DNA of 64,000 nucleotides, taken from contig CAVYCN010000011.1 in NCBI GenBank assembly GCA_963767005.1, forward strand, positions 32,001 through 96,000, read 5' to 3'. The translations under genes were made by a program, and so were the position numbers. Shown piece after piece: positions 19,615-29,987 of this stretch. The DNA is from an uncultured Actinomycetes bacterium (lineage in GTDB: Bacteria > Actinomycetota > Thermoleophilia > UBA2241). The notes under the pieces were generated by a model that did no database searches, was not told where the DNA came from, and saw only the letters and a list, made by a program, of their open reading frames with translations. Positions within the stretch are counted from its first letter, which is position 1, and each line of letters starts with the position of its first letter.

Positions 19615-20736
19615 TCAGGCGCGCACCAGAGCGGCGCCCTCGACGAGCGCCGCGAGCTTCGCCCAGGCGACGCTCGGCGTGACCTGGCCGAGGCCGACGA
19701 AGGTGCCGAAGCCGCAGTCGGTGCCGGCGACGACGCGGCCGGCGCCGACGACCGACACGAAGCGCTCGATGCGCTGCGCCACGAGGCGCGGGTGCTCGAC
19801 GAAGTTCGTGGTCGAGTCGATCACGCCCGGTATCAGGTACTTGTCCGCGGGCAGCGGCCGCTCGGCGAAGAGCTCCCACTCGTGGCCGTGGCGCGGGTTG
19901 CTGGCTTCGACCGACAGGCCGAGCGGCCGGGCCGCCAGCACCACGTCGACGATGTCGGCGAGCGGCACGTCGTGGGTGTGGGGCCCTTCGTAGTTGCCCC
20001 AGCACAGGTGCAGGCGCATGCGCTCGGGCGGGATCGCGCGGGTCGCGTCGTTCAAGGCGGCGACGTTGCGCGCGATCTCGCGCCGGAACTCGTCGCCGCC
20101 CAGGCCGGCGAAGACCGTGTGCGCGCCCGCCGCCAGGTCGGGGCAGTCGAGCTGCAGCGTCACCCCCGCGGCCGCGATCGCCTCGTACTCGGGCCGCATC
20201 GCCTCGGCGAGTGCCCCGAGGTACTGCTCGCGGTCGCCGTAGTGGCGGTCTTCGAAGAACATCGCGATCACGCCCGGCGAGGCCGCCGTCATGAAGAGCC
20301 GGTCGCGCGTCACGCCGGACGCCCGCGCGGCCGCCAGCAGATCGTCGAGGTCGCGCCCGACGGCGCCGTCGTCGCGCCGCGTGACCGGACCGGTGCAGGC
20401 CGGCGCGCTCATGCGGATCTCGGCCAGCGCGCGGCCCATGCGCGGCACGTCGTCGGGAAAGTCGGCGAGCTCGGCCAGCGCGCTCAACGTGCCGGGCTCG
20501 CCTTCGAAGCCGGTCAAGCGGTCCTTCACGTACGTCGAGTAGCCGACCTTGCCCTGCTCGCCGTCGTTCAGCAGATCGAGGCCGATCTCGGCCTGGCGGC
20601 GCACCACCTCGACGACCGCCTCCTCCACGCGCGGCCTCAGGCCGGCGACCGCGATGCCCTCATCGCGCTGGACGATCAGGTCGACGAGGTCGGCGGGACG
20701 CGGCAGGCTGCCGGTGTGCGTGGTGCGAACGGCCAT
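19615..20736 (-). CDS. cobalamin-independent methionine synthase II family protein (single barrel)
   Basis: TTHTGSLPRP, NDGEQGK, LQLDCPDLA, RLHLCWGNYEGPH and GTDCGF. Confidence 0.9.
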   Translation of the reverse strand: MAVRTTHTGSLPRPADLVDLIVQRDEGIAVAGLRPRVEEAVVEVVRRQAEIGLDLLNDGEQGKVGYSTYVKDRLTGFEGEPGTLSALAELADFPDDVPRMGRALAEIRMSAPACTGPVTRRDDGAVGRDLDDLLAAARASGVTRDRLFMTAASPGVIAMFFEDRHYGDREQYLGALAEAMRPEYEAIAAAGVTLQLDCPDLAAGAHTVFAGLGGDEFRREIARNVAALNDATRAIPPERMRLHLCWGNYEGPHTHDVPLADIVDVVLAARPLGLSVEASNPRHGHEWELFAERPLPADKYLIPGVIDSTTNFVEHPRLVAQRIERFVSVVGAGRVVAGTDCGFGTFVGLGQVTPSVAWAKLAALVEGAALVRA

Positions 20737-20831
20737 GGTCCACCTCACCCTGAGAGCCTCGGTCGACGCCGTGCGACTACCCCGCCGCGGTGAGCTCCAA
20801 GCGCGTTTGGGCCGTGGCCGCCTCCGCGGCG

Positions 20832-20918
20832 GCCCGACGGGCGACGGGGCGCCGCATCCGCGCCTGCCCGACGGGCGACGGGGCGCCGCATCCGCGCCTG
20901 CCCGACGGGCGACGGGGC
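20832..20918. repeat. intergenic 34-bp tandem repeat, about 2.6 copies
   Basis: gcccgacgggcgacggggcgccgcatccgcgcct at 20832 and 20866, partial copy at 20900; no spacers. Confidence 0.9.
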
Positions 20919-21000
20919 CGCGCCGGACGGCCGGTTCAGGGGGGCCGGTGCCGGCATACCGGCGCGGCCCCGTCGCCCGCGAGCAAGGAGCGCGCCGCCG

Positions 21001-22014
21001 TCAGCCGGCCTCGAGCACGAGCGGCTTGCCGTCGGCGCCGAACAGGGTGTCGTCGGGCAGATGGCAGGCGCGGCTGGTCGTCGCGTCGACGGCACGATGC
21101 TCGGGCGCGGTCGCCTCGCAGACGGCCATGCGGTAGGCGCAGCGCGGGTGGAACCGGCAGCCGGCCGGCGGGTGCACGGCGCTCGGCACGTCGCCCTCGA
21201 GCGCCTTGAGGCCGTGGCGCCGGTCGGGGTCGGGTGAGGGCACGCTGGCAAGGAGCGCCGCGGTGTAGGGGTGGCGGGGCCGGCGCAAGACCTGCGCCGC
21301 CGGCCCCCGCTCGACGATCTGCCCGAGGTACATGACGGCGACGTCGTCGGCCATCGACTCGACCACGGCCAGGTCGTGGGCGATGAACAGGTAGGCGAGG
21401 CCGAGCCGCTCCTTCAGCTCCTGCAAGAGCACGAGGATGCGGGCCTGCACCGACACGTCGAGCGCCGAGGTGGGCTCGTCGAGGACGACGAGCTCGGGAT
21501 CGAGGGCGAGGGCGCGCGCGATCGCGATCCGCTGGCACTGCCCGCCGCTGAACTCGTGCGGCCGGCGCCACAGGTGCTGCGTGCCCAGGCCGGCCATCTC
21601 GAGCAGCCCCAGGATGCGCTGCTCGAGCTCGCGCCCGCTCAGGCGGAGGTGCGCCCGCAGCGGCTCGGCCACGAGGTCGTGCACCGTCATGCGCGGGTCG
21701 AGCGACGAATAGGGGTCCTGGAAGACGATCTGCACGCGCCGTCGCAGCTCGCGGCGCGCGCGCCCCGCCAGCGTGCCCACGTCGCGGCCGTCGAACACGA
21801 CCGTGCCGGCCGTCGCCCGCGTGAGCTGCATCACGGTCTCGGCGACGGTCGTCTTGCCCGAGCCCGACTCGCCCACCAGGGCGAGGGTCTGGCCGCGGTC
21901 GATGGCGAAGGAGACCCCATCGACCGCGTGCACGACGTCCGAGGAGCTGCGCACGAAGCCGCGCCGGATGCGGAAGTGCACGGTCAGGTCGTCGACGGTC
22001 AGCAGCGGCGTCAC
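21001..22014 (-). CDS. oligopeptide ABC ATPase (OppF/DppF)
   Basis: GESGSGKT, FSGGQCQR, LDEPTSALD and C-terminal GCRFHPRC. Confidence 0.95.
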   Translation of the reverse strand: MTPLLTVDDLTVHFRIRRGFVRSSSDVVHAVDGVSFAIDRGQTLALVGESGSGKTTVAETVMQLTRATAGTVVFDGRDVGTLAGRARRELRRRVQIVFQDPYSSLDPRMTVHDLVAEPLRAHLRLSGRELEQRILGLLEMAGLGTQHLWRRPHEFSGGQCQRIAIARALALDPELVVLDEPTSALDVSVQARILVLLQELKERLGLAYLFIAHDLAVVESMADDVAVMYLGQIVERGPAAQVLRRPRHPYTAALLASVPSPDPDRRHGLKALEGDVPSAVHPPAGCRFHPRCAYRMAVCEATAPEHRAVDATTSRACHLPDDTLFGADGKPLVLEAG

Positions 22015-23054
22015 GAGCCCACCTCGCGGGGCACGCCGGCGAGGCGCCGGGCGACGTCGTGACACGAGACCCAGTGGCCCTCCGCCACCGGCGTCGGCGC
22101 CGGCTTGACGGTCGTGCAGACGTCCATGACCCGCGGGCAGCGCGGATGGTACCGGCAGCCCGGCGGAGGCTCGATCAAGTCTGGCACCGATCCGGGGATC
22201 GTGTGCAGCTCGGCGGCCCTCTTGCCCTGGGGCAGGCATTCGTAGAGGGCGATCGTGTACGGGTGGCAGGGGTGCTTCATGACGCGCGCCGTGGGCCCCT
22301 GCTCCACGACCGTGCCGGCGTACATGACGGCGACCCGGTCGCAGGTCTGGGCGGCTACTCCGACGTTGTGGGTGATCAGCACCTGGGCGACGCCACGTTC
22401 CTCGCGCAGCCGCAGCAGCAGCTTCAGGATCTGGGCCTGGATCGTGACGTCGAGCGCCGTCGTCGGCTCGTCGGCGATGAGCAGCTCCGAGCCGCACGAG
22501 ATCGCCATCGCCATGCAGGCCCGCTGGCGCATGCCGCCGCTCAACTGATGCGGGTAGCTGTGCAGGATCTCGTCGGTCGGCGGCAGGCCGGTGGCAACGA
22601 GGGCCTCGCGCGTCATCTCGCGGGCCGCCCCGCCCGAGACACCGCGATGCAGGCGCACCACTCGGCTGATCTGCTCGCCGATGGTGAAGACCGGGTTGAG
22701 CGAGGCCAGCGGGTCCTGGAAGACCATCGAGATGGCCTTGCCGCGCAGCGCCCGCATCTCGTGCGCGCTCTTGTCGAGCAGATTCTCGCCGCGAAAGACG
22801 ACCTCGCCGCCGGTGTAGCGCGCGATCGGCCGCGGCAGCAGGCCGAGCACGGCAAAGCCGGTGACGGACTTGCCGCAGCCCGACTCGCCGACCAGACCGA
22901 GGATCTCGCGCGGCGCCACGGTCAGATTGACGCCGTCGAGCGCCTTGACCACGCCGCGCATGCTGCGGAACTCGACCTTGAGACCGACGACCTGCAGCAG
23001 GTCGGCGGGCGCGTCGGGCGACGCGGCGGCGGACGGCGGGGCGACGAGGCTCAC
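22011..23054 (-). CDS. oligopeptide ABC ATPase (OppD/DppD)
   Basis: GESGCGKS, YPHQLSGGMRQR and ADEPTTALDVTIQAQ. Confidence 0.95.
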   Translation of the reverse strand: MSLVAPPSAAASPDAPADLLQVVGLKVEFRSMRGVVKALDGVNLTVAPREILGLVGESGCGKSVTGFAVLGLLPRPIARYTGGEVVFRGENLLDKSAHEMRALRGKAISMVFQDPLASLNPVFTIGEQISRVVRLHRGVSGGAAREMTREALVATGLPPTDEILHSYPHQLSGGMRQRACMAMAISCGSELLIADEPTTALDVTIQAQILKLLLRLREERGVAQVLITHNVGVAAQTCDRVAVMYAGTVVEQGPTARVMKHPCHPYTIALYECLPQGKRAAELHTIPGSVPDLIEPPPGCRYHPRCPRVMDVCTTVKPAPTPVAEGHWVSCHDVARRLAGVPREVGS

Positions 23055-23058
23055 GGCG

Positions 23059-23973
23059 CTACCGTCGCATGCGCGGGTCGAGGACGTCACGCAGGCCGTC
23101 GCCCACGAGGTTGAAGGCCAGCACGAGCAGGAAGATCGCAACGCCCGGGAACGTGCCGATCCACCACTGCTGCAAAATGAAGCTCTGCCCGGTCGAGATC
23201 ATGAGGCCCCAGTCGGGCGTCGGCGGCTTGGCCCCGAGGCCGAGGAAGCTCATCGCGGCGACCGCCAGGATCACGGTGCCGACGTCGACCGTCATCTGCA
23301 CGATCACGGGGCCGAACGCGTGCGGCAGGATGTGCCGCAGGATGATGCGCAGGTCGCGCACGCCCATGGTGCGCGCCACCTTGACGAAGGGCCGCTGGCG
23401 CAGCGACACCGCCATGCCACGCACGAGGCGCGTGTACCAGGGCCACCAGGTGACGACGATGGCGATGCCGACGTTGCGCAGGCTGGCGCCGAGGAAGGCC
23501 ACGAGGGCCATCGTCAGGATGAGGCTGGGAAAGGCTAAGAAGACGTCGGTGACGCGCATCACCGCCTCGTCGACCATACCGCCGAAGTAGCCGGCGATGC
23601 CGCCGAGCGGGATGCCGATCAGCAGCACGCCGATCATGGTCACGAAGGGCATGATGAGCGCGATGCGACTGCCGTAGACTACGCGCGAGAGCACGTCGCG
23701 GCCGAGCTCGTCGGTGCCGAACAGGTGGTGCGCGCTGGGCGCCTGCAGCCGGATCGACACGTCGGGCTGACCCTGCCCCTGGGCCGGGTACGGCGCGATC
23801 AGCGGCGCGCCGACGGCGAGGATCACCATGAAGACGATCCAGACCACGGCGATCGCGGCCAACCGGTCGCGCGAGAAGACGCGCACGCTGTGGCGCCACT
23901 CCGAGAGCGAGGCGGCGTGCCGCACTCGCCAGTCGGAGAGGGCCCCGGTGCGCGTCTGTGCCGTCACGCTCAT
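23059..23973 (-). CDS. oligopeptide ABC permease (OppC/DppC)
   Basis: HLFGTDELGRDVLSRVVYG and MSFLGLG...PDWG. Confidence 0.95.
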   Translation of the reverse strand: MSVTAQTRTGALSDWRVRHAASLSEWRHSVRVFSRDRLAAIAVVWIVFMVILAVGAPLIAPYPAQGQGQPDVSIRLQAPSAHHLFGTDELGRDVLSRVVYGSRIALIMPFVTMIGVLLIGIPLGGIAGYFGGMVDEAVMRVTDVFLAFPSLILTMALVAFLGASLRNVGIAIVVTWWPWYTRLVRGMAVSLRQRPFVKVARTMGVRDLRIILRHILPHAFGPVIVQMTVDVGTVILAVAAMSFLGLGAKPPTPDWGLMISTGQSFILQQWWIGTFPGVAIFLLVLAFNLVGDGLRDVLDPRMRR

Positions 23974-23983
23974 CGCCCCCTCC

Positions 23984-25006
23984 CTAGCTCAGCACGATGC
24001 GCGGGTCGAGCCACGCGATCACAAGGTCGACGACGAGGTTGACGATCACATAGACCGAGGCGACGAGGATGGTCACGCCCATGATCGCCGGGTAGTCGAG
24101 GCTCAGGATCGACTGCAGCGCGTACGAGCCCAGGCCGGGCCAGGCGAAGATGAGCTCGATGAAGAACGCGCCGATGATCGAGTAGGCGAACATGAGCCCG
24201 AGCACGGTGAAGACCGGCGCGAGCGAGTTCTTCAGGGCGTAGCGGTAGATGATGACGCGCTCGGGGACGCCCATGGCGTCGGCCATGCGGATGTAGTCCT
24301 GGCCGAGCGCCTCGAGCACCGCCGAACGCGTCATGCGCATCATCACGCCGGTCGGATAGGCGGCAAGCGCCAGGCACGGCAGGATGAAGTGCATGAAGCT
24401 GTCGCGGAAGGCGACGAGGTTGCCGGTCACCAGGGCGTCGACGAGCGGCATGCCGGTGATGTGGGTGATCGGGTTCGCGAACTGCACATCGACGCTCATC
24501 GCACCCGCCACCGGCAACGCGTGCAGCACGCGGAAGAACACGATCTGCAGCATCATGGCCAGCCAGAACGACGGCAGCGAGACGCCGCCGATCGCGAAGA
24601 TGCGCAGCACGAAGTCGACGACGCCGCCCTTCAGGTGCGCGGTGAGCGCGCCGAGCGCGATGCCCACGATGGTCGCGACGATCATGGCGCCGGCGACGAG
24701 CTGCAGCGACAGCGGCGCGAAGCGCACGAGGTCGCCGAGGACCGAGCGGTGCGTGCGCAGCGACGTGCCCCAGTTGCCGTGCACGAGATCCCAGAGGTAG
24801 GCGACGTACTGCACGTAGAGCGGCTTGTCCATGTGCAGCATCTTGCGGGCCGCCGCGATCGCCGGGCCGCGCGCCTGGGGCCCGGCGTACAGGGCGGCCG
24901 GGTCGGCCGGTACCACGCGGGCCAGCAGGAACGTGATGAGCGAGATGCCGATCAGCACGAACACGAGGAGCAGGACGCGTCGCAGCAGGTAGGCGCGGAC
25001 GGTCAC
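23984..25006 (-). CDS. oligopeptide ABC permease (OppB/DppB)
   Basis: YLLRRVL...PADPA, QDYIRMA, YALKNS and FAWPGLG. Confidence 0.95.
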   Translation of the reverse strand: MTVRAYLLRRVLLLVFVLIGISLITFLLARVVPADPAALYAGPQARGPAIAAARKMLHMDKPLYVQYVAYLWDLVHGNWGTSLRTHRSVLGDLVRFAPLSLQLVAGAMIVATIVGIALGALTAHLKGGVVDFVLRIFAIGGVSLPSFWLAMMLQIVFFRVLHALPVAGAMSVDVQFANPITHITGMPLVDALVTGNLVAFRDSFMHFILPCLALAAYPTGVMMRMTRSAVLEALGQDYIRMADAMGVPERVIIYRYALKNSLAPVFTVLGLMFAYSIIGAFFIELIFAWPGLGSYALQSILSLDYPAIMGVTILVASVYVIVNLVVDLVIAWLDPRIVLS

Positions 25007-25121
25007 GAAAACGGCTCCTTCCTCTCCGTGTCGGCCTCTCGGGCGTGGGCGTTGTCGGCGCGCGTGTGGTCGGGCGCGGCCGGGGCGGCGCCTGCGGCGC
25101 CGCCCCGGCCGCGCCCCGCTC

Positions 25122-26741
25122 CTACAGGGTGATGTAGTAGAAGCGGATGACGTTCGGGTAGGGCTGCGAAATGGCGTCGGGCCCTACCTTGAGCTTGGCG
25201 TTGCAGGCATAGACCGCCTTGAGGTCCCAGAGATAGATGATCGGGACCTGGTCGTGGATCATGACCTGGGCCTGGTCGTAGAGCTTCTTGGCGCCCGTGC
25301 GGTCGGTCGCCTCGGTCGTCCAGGCCGTGTCGATCAGCTTGTCGTAGTCGGAGTGGTACCAGTAGCTCAGGTTGAAGATCGGCGAGGCCTCGGAGTGCAG
25401 CTCCTCGGTCAGGCTGTCCTTGCCGTGTGAGTACGCCGGCCACCAGGTGATCGACAGCAGATCCTGGCGCTTGGCGCTGGGCCCCTTGGCCTTCTGCCAG
25501 GCCTGCGCCCAGAGCATGGGCTGCAGGTTGACCGTGATCCCGAGCTTGGCCCACGACTCCTTGATCAGCGTGCCCATGGTCGTGTCGGCCGGGTTCTCCT
25601 CGGTCGGGTAGGTCATGAGCAGGCTGAAGCCGCCGTTCGGGTAGCCCGCCTGGGCCAGGAGCTGTTTGGCCTTGGCGAGGTCGTACGGGTAAGGCGATAT
25701 GCTGTCGTCCCGCGGCCACAGGCCGGCCGGCATCGGGCCGTTGGACTGCGTGCCGAGGTTGTTGATGGCGGCCGCGATGATGTCCGTGTAGGGCGTCGCG
25801 TAGGCGAGCGCCTGGCGCACCAGCGGGTTGTCGAGCGGCTTGTGCTGCGTGTTCAAGTAGAGGATCTGCGACACGAGCGACGGCATCTCGACGACACGGA
25901 TGCCCGACTCGGCAGCCTCCGCCTTGACGGCGTCACGCGCCACCGACTCCTGCAGTTGCACGGCGCCCGACTCGAGCATCTGGCGCTGCGTGTTGGGATC
26001 GGCCGCTACCTGGAGCACGATCTTGCGGAACTGGTTGTTCTTCCAGCCACCCCAATAGTCGGGATCGCGCACGAGCACGATCTGCTGGTTGGGCGAGTAC
26101 GACTGCAGCTCGTAGGGACCGGTGCCGTCCTCGTGGCCCTTGTCCCACCACGACTGCGGCTTGCCGGCCGTCTTGGGGCTGAAGATCCAGGCCGCGTACT
26201 CCGACGAGACGAGCGGCTCGAGCGGCACCGGCTGGTCGAGGACGAGCTGGACGGTGTAGTCGTCGACGACTTTGACCTGCTTGAGGTCGCTCCAGATGTA
26301 GGCGAGACCCAGGCCCATCTTCTTGGTCGCGTCGTAGGAGTACTTGACGGCGGCCGCCGTGAACGGCGTACCGTCGTGGAACTTGACGCCCTGCCGCAGC
26401 TTGAAGGTCCACACCTTGCCGCCCTGCGAGGTCTCCCACGAGGTCGCGAGAGCCGGCGAGTAGGGCTCGGCGCTGCCCGGCGGGTTGGCCCAGATGAGCG
26501 GCTCGTAGAAGTTCCCCAGGACGCGGGACTCCGACGAGGAGCTCGCCCGCGGGTCCCAGGTCGTGATCGCGCCGGTGTCGGCGACGGCGAGGATGTTCGC
26601 CGTGGGCGCCGCGCTCGTCGATCCCGACGAGCCGCCCTTGCTGCCGCACGCGGCGAGCCCGAGCGCGGCGCCGAGCACGGCCAGGCACGCAAGCAGCAGC
26701 AACACCCGTGGTGCGTGCAGTCCGTTCGACCGTCTGCCCAT
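25122..26741 (-). CDS. family 5 ABC substrate-binding lipoprotein (OppA/DppA)
   Basis: Lipobox LAAC, PALATSWE...WTFKLRQGVKFHDG and GTGPY. Confidence 0.95.
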   Translation of the reverse strand: MGRRSNGLHAPRVLLLLACLAVLGAALGLAACGSKGGSSGSTSAAPTANILAVADTGAITTWDPRASSSSESRVLGNFYEPLIWANPPGSAEPYSPALATSWETSQGGKVWTFKLRQGVKFHDGTPFTAAAVKYSYDATKKMGLGLAYIWSDLKQVKVVDDYTVQLVLDQPVPLEPLVSSEYAAWIFSPKTAGKPQSWWDKGHEDGTGPYELQSYSPNQQIVLVRDPDYWGGWKNNQFRKIVLQVAADPNTQRQMLESGAVQLQESVARDAVKAEAAESGIRVVEMPSLVSQILYLNTQHKPLDNPLVRQALAYATPYTDIIAAAINNLGTQSNGPMPAGLWPRDDSISPYPYDLAKAKQLLAQAGYPNGGFSLLMTYPTEENPADTTMGTLIKESWAKLGITVNLQPMLWAQAWQKAKGPSAKRQDLLSITWWPAYSHGKDSLTEELHSEASPIFNLSYWYHSDYDKLIDTAWTTEATDRTGAKKLYDQAQVMIHDQVPIIYLWDLKAVYACNAKLKVGPDAISQPYPNVIRFYYITL

Positions 26742-26993
26742 CTCTCCCCCTGTTCGACGTGGTCTGCTGTCGCGCCGGTTCGGTCCACACCTCGCACGGC
26801 GTGCCGGAAGCCCCCCGAGACGGACCGCGCGGGTCACCGCTCGACGCACCTCGAACAATAGTGAGGCGCGGCGGTCGGGGTCACTCACCCATACGGGGGA
26901 TTTCGCCGGCGGCGCGACGGTGTAGCGTTCGGGGCGGGCGCGGCGGCGGCCGCCGCCGCGCCGCCGACCGCCCCGCCGACCGGGAGGACCAGC

Positions 26994-28229
26994 ATGCCGT
27001 CTCGCACGACCCCGCCCACGGCCGCCGCGCTCGGCCTCATGCAGGGCAGCCGACCGCCGGCCGAGCGTCTCGTCACGCTCGCCAACTGGCAGGACCCGCC
27101 CTTCAGCCGCTGGGCCTTCCAGCACCTGCGCGAGCTCACGCCCACGGCGCCGATCTCGCGAGGCGACGGGCCGGTGGCCGAGCTTGCGCGCGCGCCGCGC
27201 GAGCTGGGCAGCCTGCGGCTGACCACGGCCAGCGGCCGGCGCACTACCCTCGACCGTCTCCTGGCCGCGACGTACACCGACGGCTTCCTCGTCCTGCACC
27301 AGGGCGCCATCGTCTGCGAGCAGTACTTCAACGGCATGACGCCGGCGACCCTGCACCTGCTGCAGTCGGTCTCCAAGTCGATCGTCGGCACGCTGGCCGG
27401 CATCTACGTCGGGCGCGGCCTGCTCGACCCGGCGAGGCCGGTCAGCGGCTACGTGCCCGACCTCGCCGGCACGAGCTTCGAGGGGGCCACCCTGCGCCAG
27501 GTGCTCGACATGCGCACCGGCACGCGGTTCTCCGAGGAGTACACCGACCTGCGGGCCGAGATCAGGCAGTACGAGCAGGTCATCGGCTGGCGCCCGCGGA
27601 CGGACCCGCAGACGGCCGCCGACCTCTGGGAGTACATCTGCCAGCTCGAGAACGCCCGGCCGCACGGCGCGCCCTTCGAGTACCGCTCCATCCTCACCGA
27701 CCTGCTCGGCTGGATCCTCGAGTGCGTCGGCGACGCGCGCCTGGCCGAGCTGCTCGGCCGCGAGCTCTGGTCGCGCCTTGGCGCCGAGCGTGACGCCGAG
27801 ATCTCGCTCGACGGCCACGGCCACCCGGTGGCCGACGGCGGCATCTCGGTCACGCTGCGCGACCTGGCGCGGTTCGGCCAGGCCTACCTGCAGAACGGCT
27901 CGTTCAACGGCGCCCAGGTGGTGCCGGCGGCCTGGGTGCGCGATTGCCGCCGCGGCGACGGCGCAGCCGTCGCCGCCTTCGCCGCCTCGGAGTCGGCCGC
28001 GCGCTACCCGCGTGGCCTGTACCGTGACCAGTGGTGGGTCGTCGACCGCCGCCGCGGCGTGCTGCTGGCCTCGGGCATCCACGGCCAGTCGGTCTACGTC
28101 GACCCGGCCGCGCAGACGGTCGTCGTCAAACTCTCGACCTGGCCCGAGGCCCTCGACCTGGAGCTCGCCGCCGACACGCTGCGCGCCTTCGCGGCGATCG
28201 CCGCCCGGCTGCGCCGCGACGACCGGTAG
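26994..28229 (+). CDS. beta-lactamase-fold serine hydrolase, 6-aminohexanoate-dimer hydrolase (NylB)-like
   Basis: VTLANWQDPPFSRWAFQH N-terminus, SVSK, FEYRS and GIHGQ. Confidence 0.88.
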   Translation: MPSRTTPPTAAALGLMQGSRPPAERLVTLANWQDPPFSRWAFQHLRELTPTAPISRGDGPVAELARAPRELGSLRLTTASGRRTTLDRLLAATYTDGFLVLHQGAIVCEQYFNGMTPATLHLLQSVSKSIVGTLAGIYVGRGLLDPARPVSGYVPDLAGTSFEGATLRQVLDMRTGTRFSEEYTDLRAEIRQYEQVIGWRPRTDPQTAADLWEYICQLENARPHGAPFEYRSILTDLLGWILECVGDARLAELLGRELWSRLGAERDAEISLDGHGHPVADGGISVTLRDLARFGQAYLQNGSFNGAQVVPAAWVRDCRRGDGAAVAAFAASESAARYPRGLYRDQWWVVDRRRGVLLASGIHGQSVYVDPAAQTVVVKLSTWPEALDLELAADTLRAFAAIAARLRRDDR

Positions 28230-28275
28230 CGGGTCACCGGTCGTCAGGCGTCGCCGCCGACCCGGCTGCCGGCCT

Positions 28276-29910
28276 CTAGGCGTCGACGCCGACCCGGCTG
28301 CCGGCGTCGCGGAAGTAGACGTCGATGTCGGCGCCCTCGTGGCCCTCGCGGTACCAGCGGTAACCGAGCACCAGCGCAACCGGCGCGCCGTAGAGCACCG
28401 CCTGCGTGAGCAGCGAGTCACCGAGGTTGTGCGTCTCGGTCAGCGGCTGGAACTGCAGGTAGCGCCAGGCGAGGTACCCGGCAAAGACGGTGAAGGCGAG
28501 CCCCGCGACGCTGATCAGCGGCACGCCGAAGAGCTCGTAGGGCCCGGCCGACGACTCGCGGTAGAGCTCGCGCCGGGCAAACGGAAAAAGCGCGGCGGCC
28601 GCGCAGGTCACCCCGAAGGTGATGACGTTGACCAGGGTGGCGGCGATCAGCAGACGCCAGATGCCGAGCCGCAGCGTCGAGACGACGAGGACCGACGACA
28701 GCGCCGTGAAGCTCACGATGGCCAGCGTGGGAGCGCCGTTCACGGGGTCGAGGCACCCGAGCCAGCGCGGCAGCAGCCGGTCCCACGACATGGCGAGCAG
28801 CACGCGCGAGGCGGCCAGGGTGTGGTTGGGGACCCACAGCCAGAACCAGGCGTTGGCGGCGACCGCGAGGCTGAGCAGTGTCACCCAGGCCAGCCACGGC
28901 GAAGCCGAGGTGCTGAACAGCCGCGGCGCGAGCACCCAGAACGCCGCCGGGTGGTGCACGGCCAGGAACGCGCTCGCCCCGAACAGCTCCTCGCCCATGT
29001 GCGAGATCGGCAGGGGCAGCAGCACGAGGGCGAAGGCCACGCTCACGATCTTGCCGAGCACGATCGTCGCCGACTGCACCGGCAGGCTCGAGGCGCGTCG
29101 CACCTCGCCCGCCTGGAAGGCGATCCAGCCGGGGTAGATCAGGCCGAACGAGACGATCGGCAGGAGCTGGACGGCGGCGCTCAGGCCGCCGAGATGGCCG
29201 GTGCGCAGAAAGCCGTCGTAGTAGGCGCGTAGCAGCACCTCGCTGTAGGCCGAGTTGTTGGTGTCGAGCTTGGTCACCGCGAAGTAGGTGACGAGCACGG
29301 CCAGCGCCGCCCCGCCGGCCACGACGAGCACACGCTGCAGGCGCGCGTAGAAGGCCATGCCGCGCAGGTTGATGAACGCCGACCAGACCGCCGCCGCAAG
29401 GCCGAGGGCGACCAGGCCCAGCGGGGTCAGCACCCAGCGGCCGGCGGCCATCAGGGCGCCGTTGTGGGCGCGCACGCCGAGCAGCAGCAGGAACGGGCCC
29501 ACCGCGACGCGCGAGGCGAACCAGCCGGCGATCGCCATCCACAGGGCGCCGCCGACCACGATGCCGGTCGACCCGAAGACGGCACCGGCCCAGCGCGACA
29601 CGAGCCGCCGTTGAAAGAGGTAGTCCCCGCCGTTGCGCGGCATGCTCGACACCAGGAAGGCGTACACCACGGCCTCGCACAGGCAGAAGCCGCCGCTGAT
29701 GAGGATGGCCAGGGTCATGCTGCTCACGGGGAAGTAAAAGGCGGCGCCGGCGACCAGGAAGATGCCGAACGTCACGGCGACGTTGGTCGTCATGACGTTG
29801 TAGAGGAACGCGTCGAGCGGCGACCAGACGCGCGGCGGGTGGGCGACCTCGCGCAGCCGCACGACGACGCGCGGTGGGTCGTGACGCGGTCGTGCGCCGT
29901 CGGCCGCCAT
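28276..29910 (-). CDS. APC-family amino acid/amine permease
   Basis: SMPRNGGDY and SRVLLAMSWDRLLP; about 12 TM helices. Confidence 0.88.
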   Translation of the reverse strand: MAADGARPRHDPPRVVVRLREVAHPPRVWSPLDAFLYNVMTTNVAVTFGIFLVAGAAFYFPVSSMTLAILISGGFCLCEAVVYAFLVSSMPRNGGDYLFQRRLVSRWAGAVFGSTGIVVGGALWMAIAGWFASRVAVGPFLLLLGVRAHNGALMAAGRWVLTPLGLVALGLAAAVWSAFINLRGMAFYARLQRVLVVAGGAALAVLVTYFAVTKLDTNNSAYSEVLLRAYYDGFLRTGHLGGLSAAVQLLPIVSFGLIYPGWIAFQAGEVRRASSLPVQSATIVLGKIVSVAFALVLLPLPISHMGEELFGASAFLAVHHPAAFWVLAPRLFSTSASPWLAWVTLLSLAVAANAWFWLWVPNHTLAASRVLLAMSWDRLLPRWLGCLDPVNGAPTLAIVSFTALSSVLVVSTLRLGIWRLLIAATLVNVITFGVTCAAAALFPFARRELYRESSAGPYELFGVPLISVAGLAFTVFAGYLAWRYLQFQPLTETHNLGDSLLTQAVLYGAPVALVLGYRWYREGHEGADIDVYFRDAGSRVGVDA

Positions 29911-29987
29911 GTGTGACTCCGTCGCACGCCTGGTCCGCCGATCGACTTCGGCGTCGTCGCTCAGGCTTGTGTGACTTCGTCGCACGC

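Noticed and set aside
20832-20918. 34-bp repeats as a CRISPR array
   Set aside because: Copies are directly adjacent with no unique spacers, and there are no cas genes in the window
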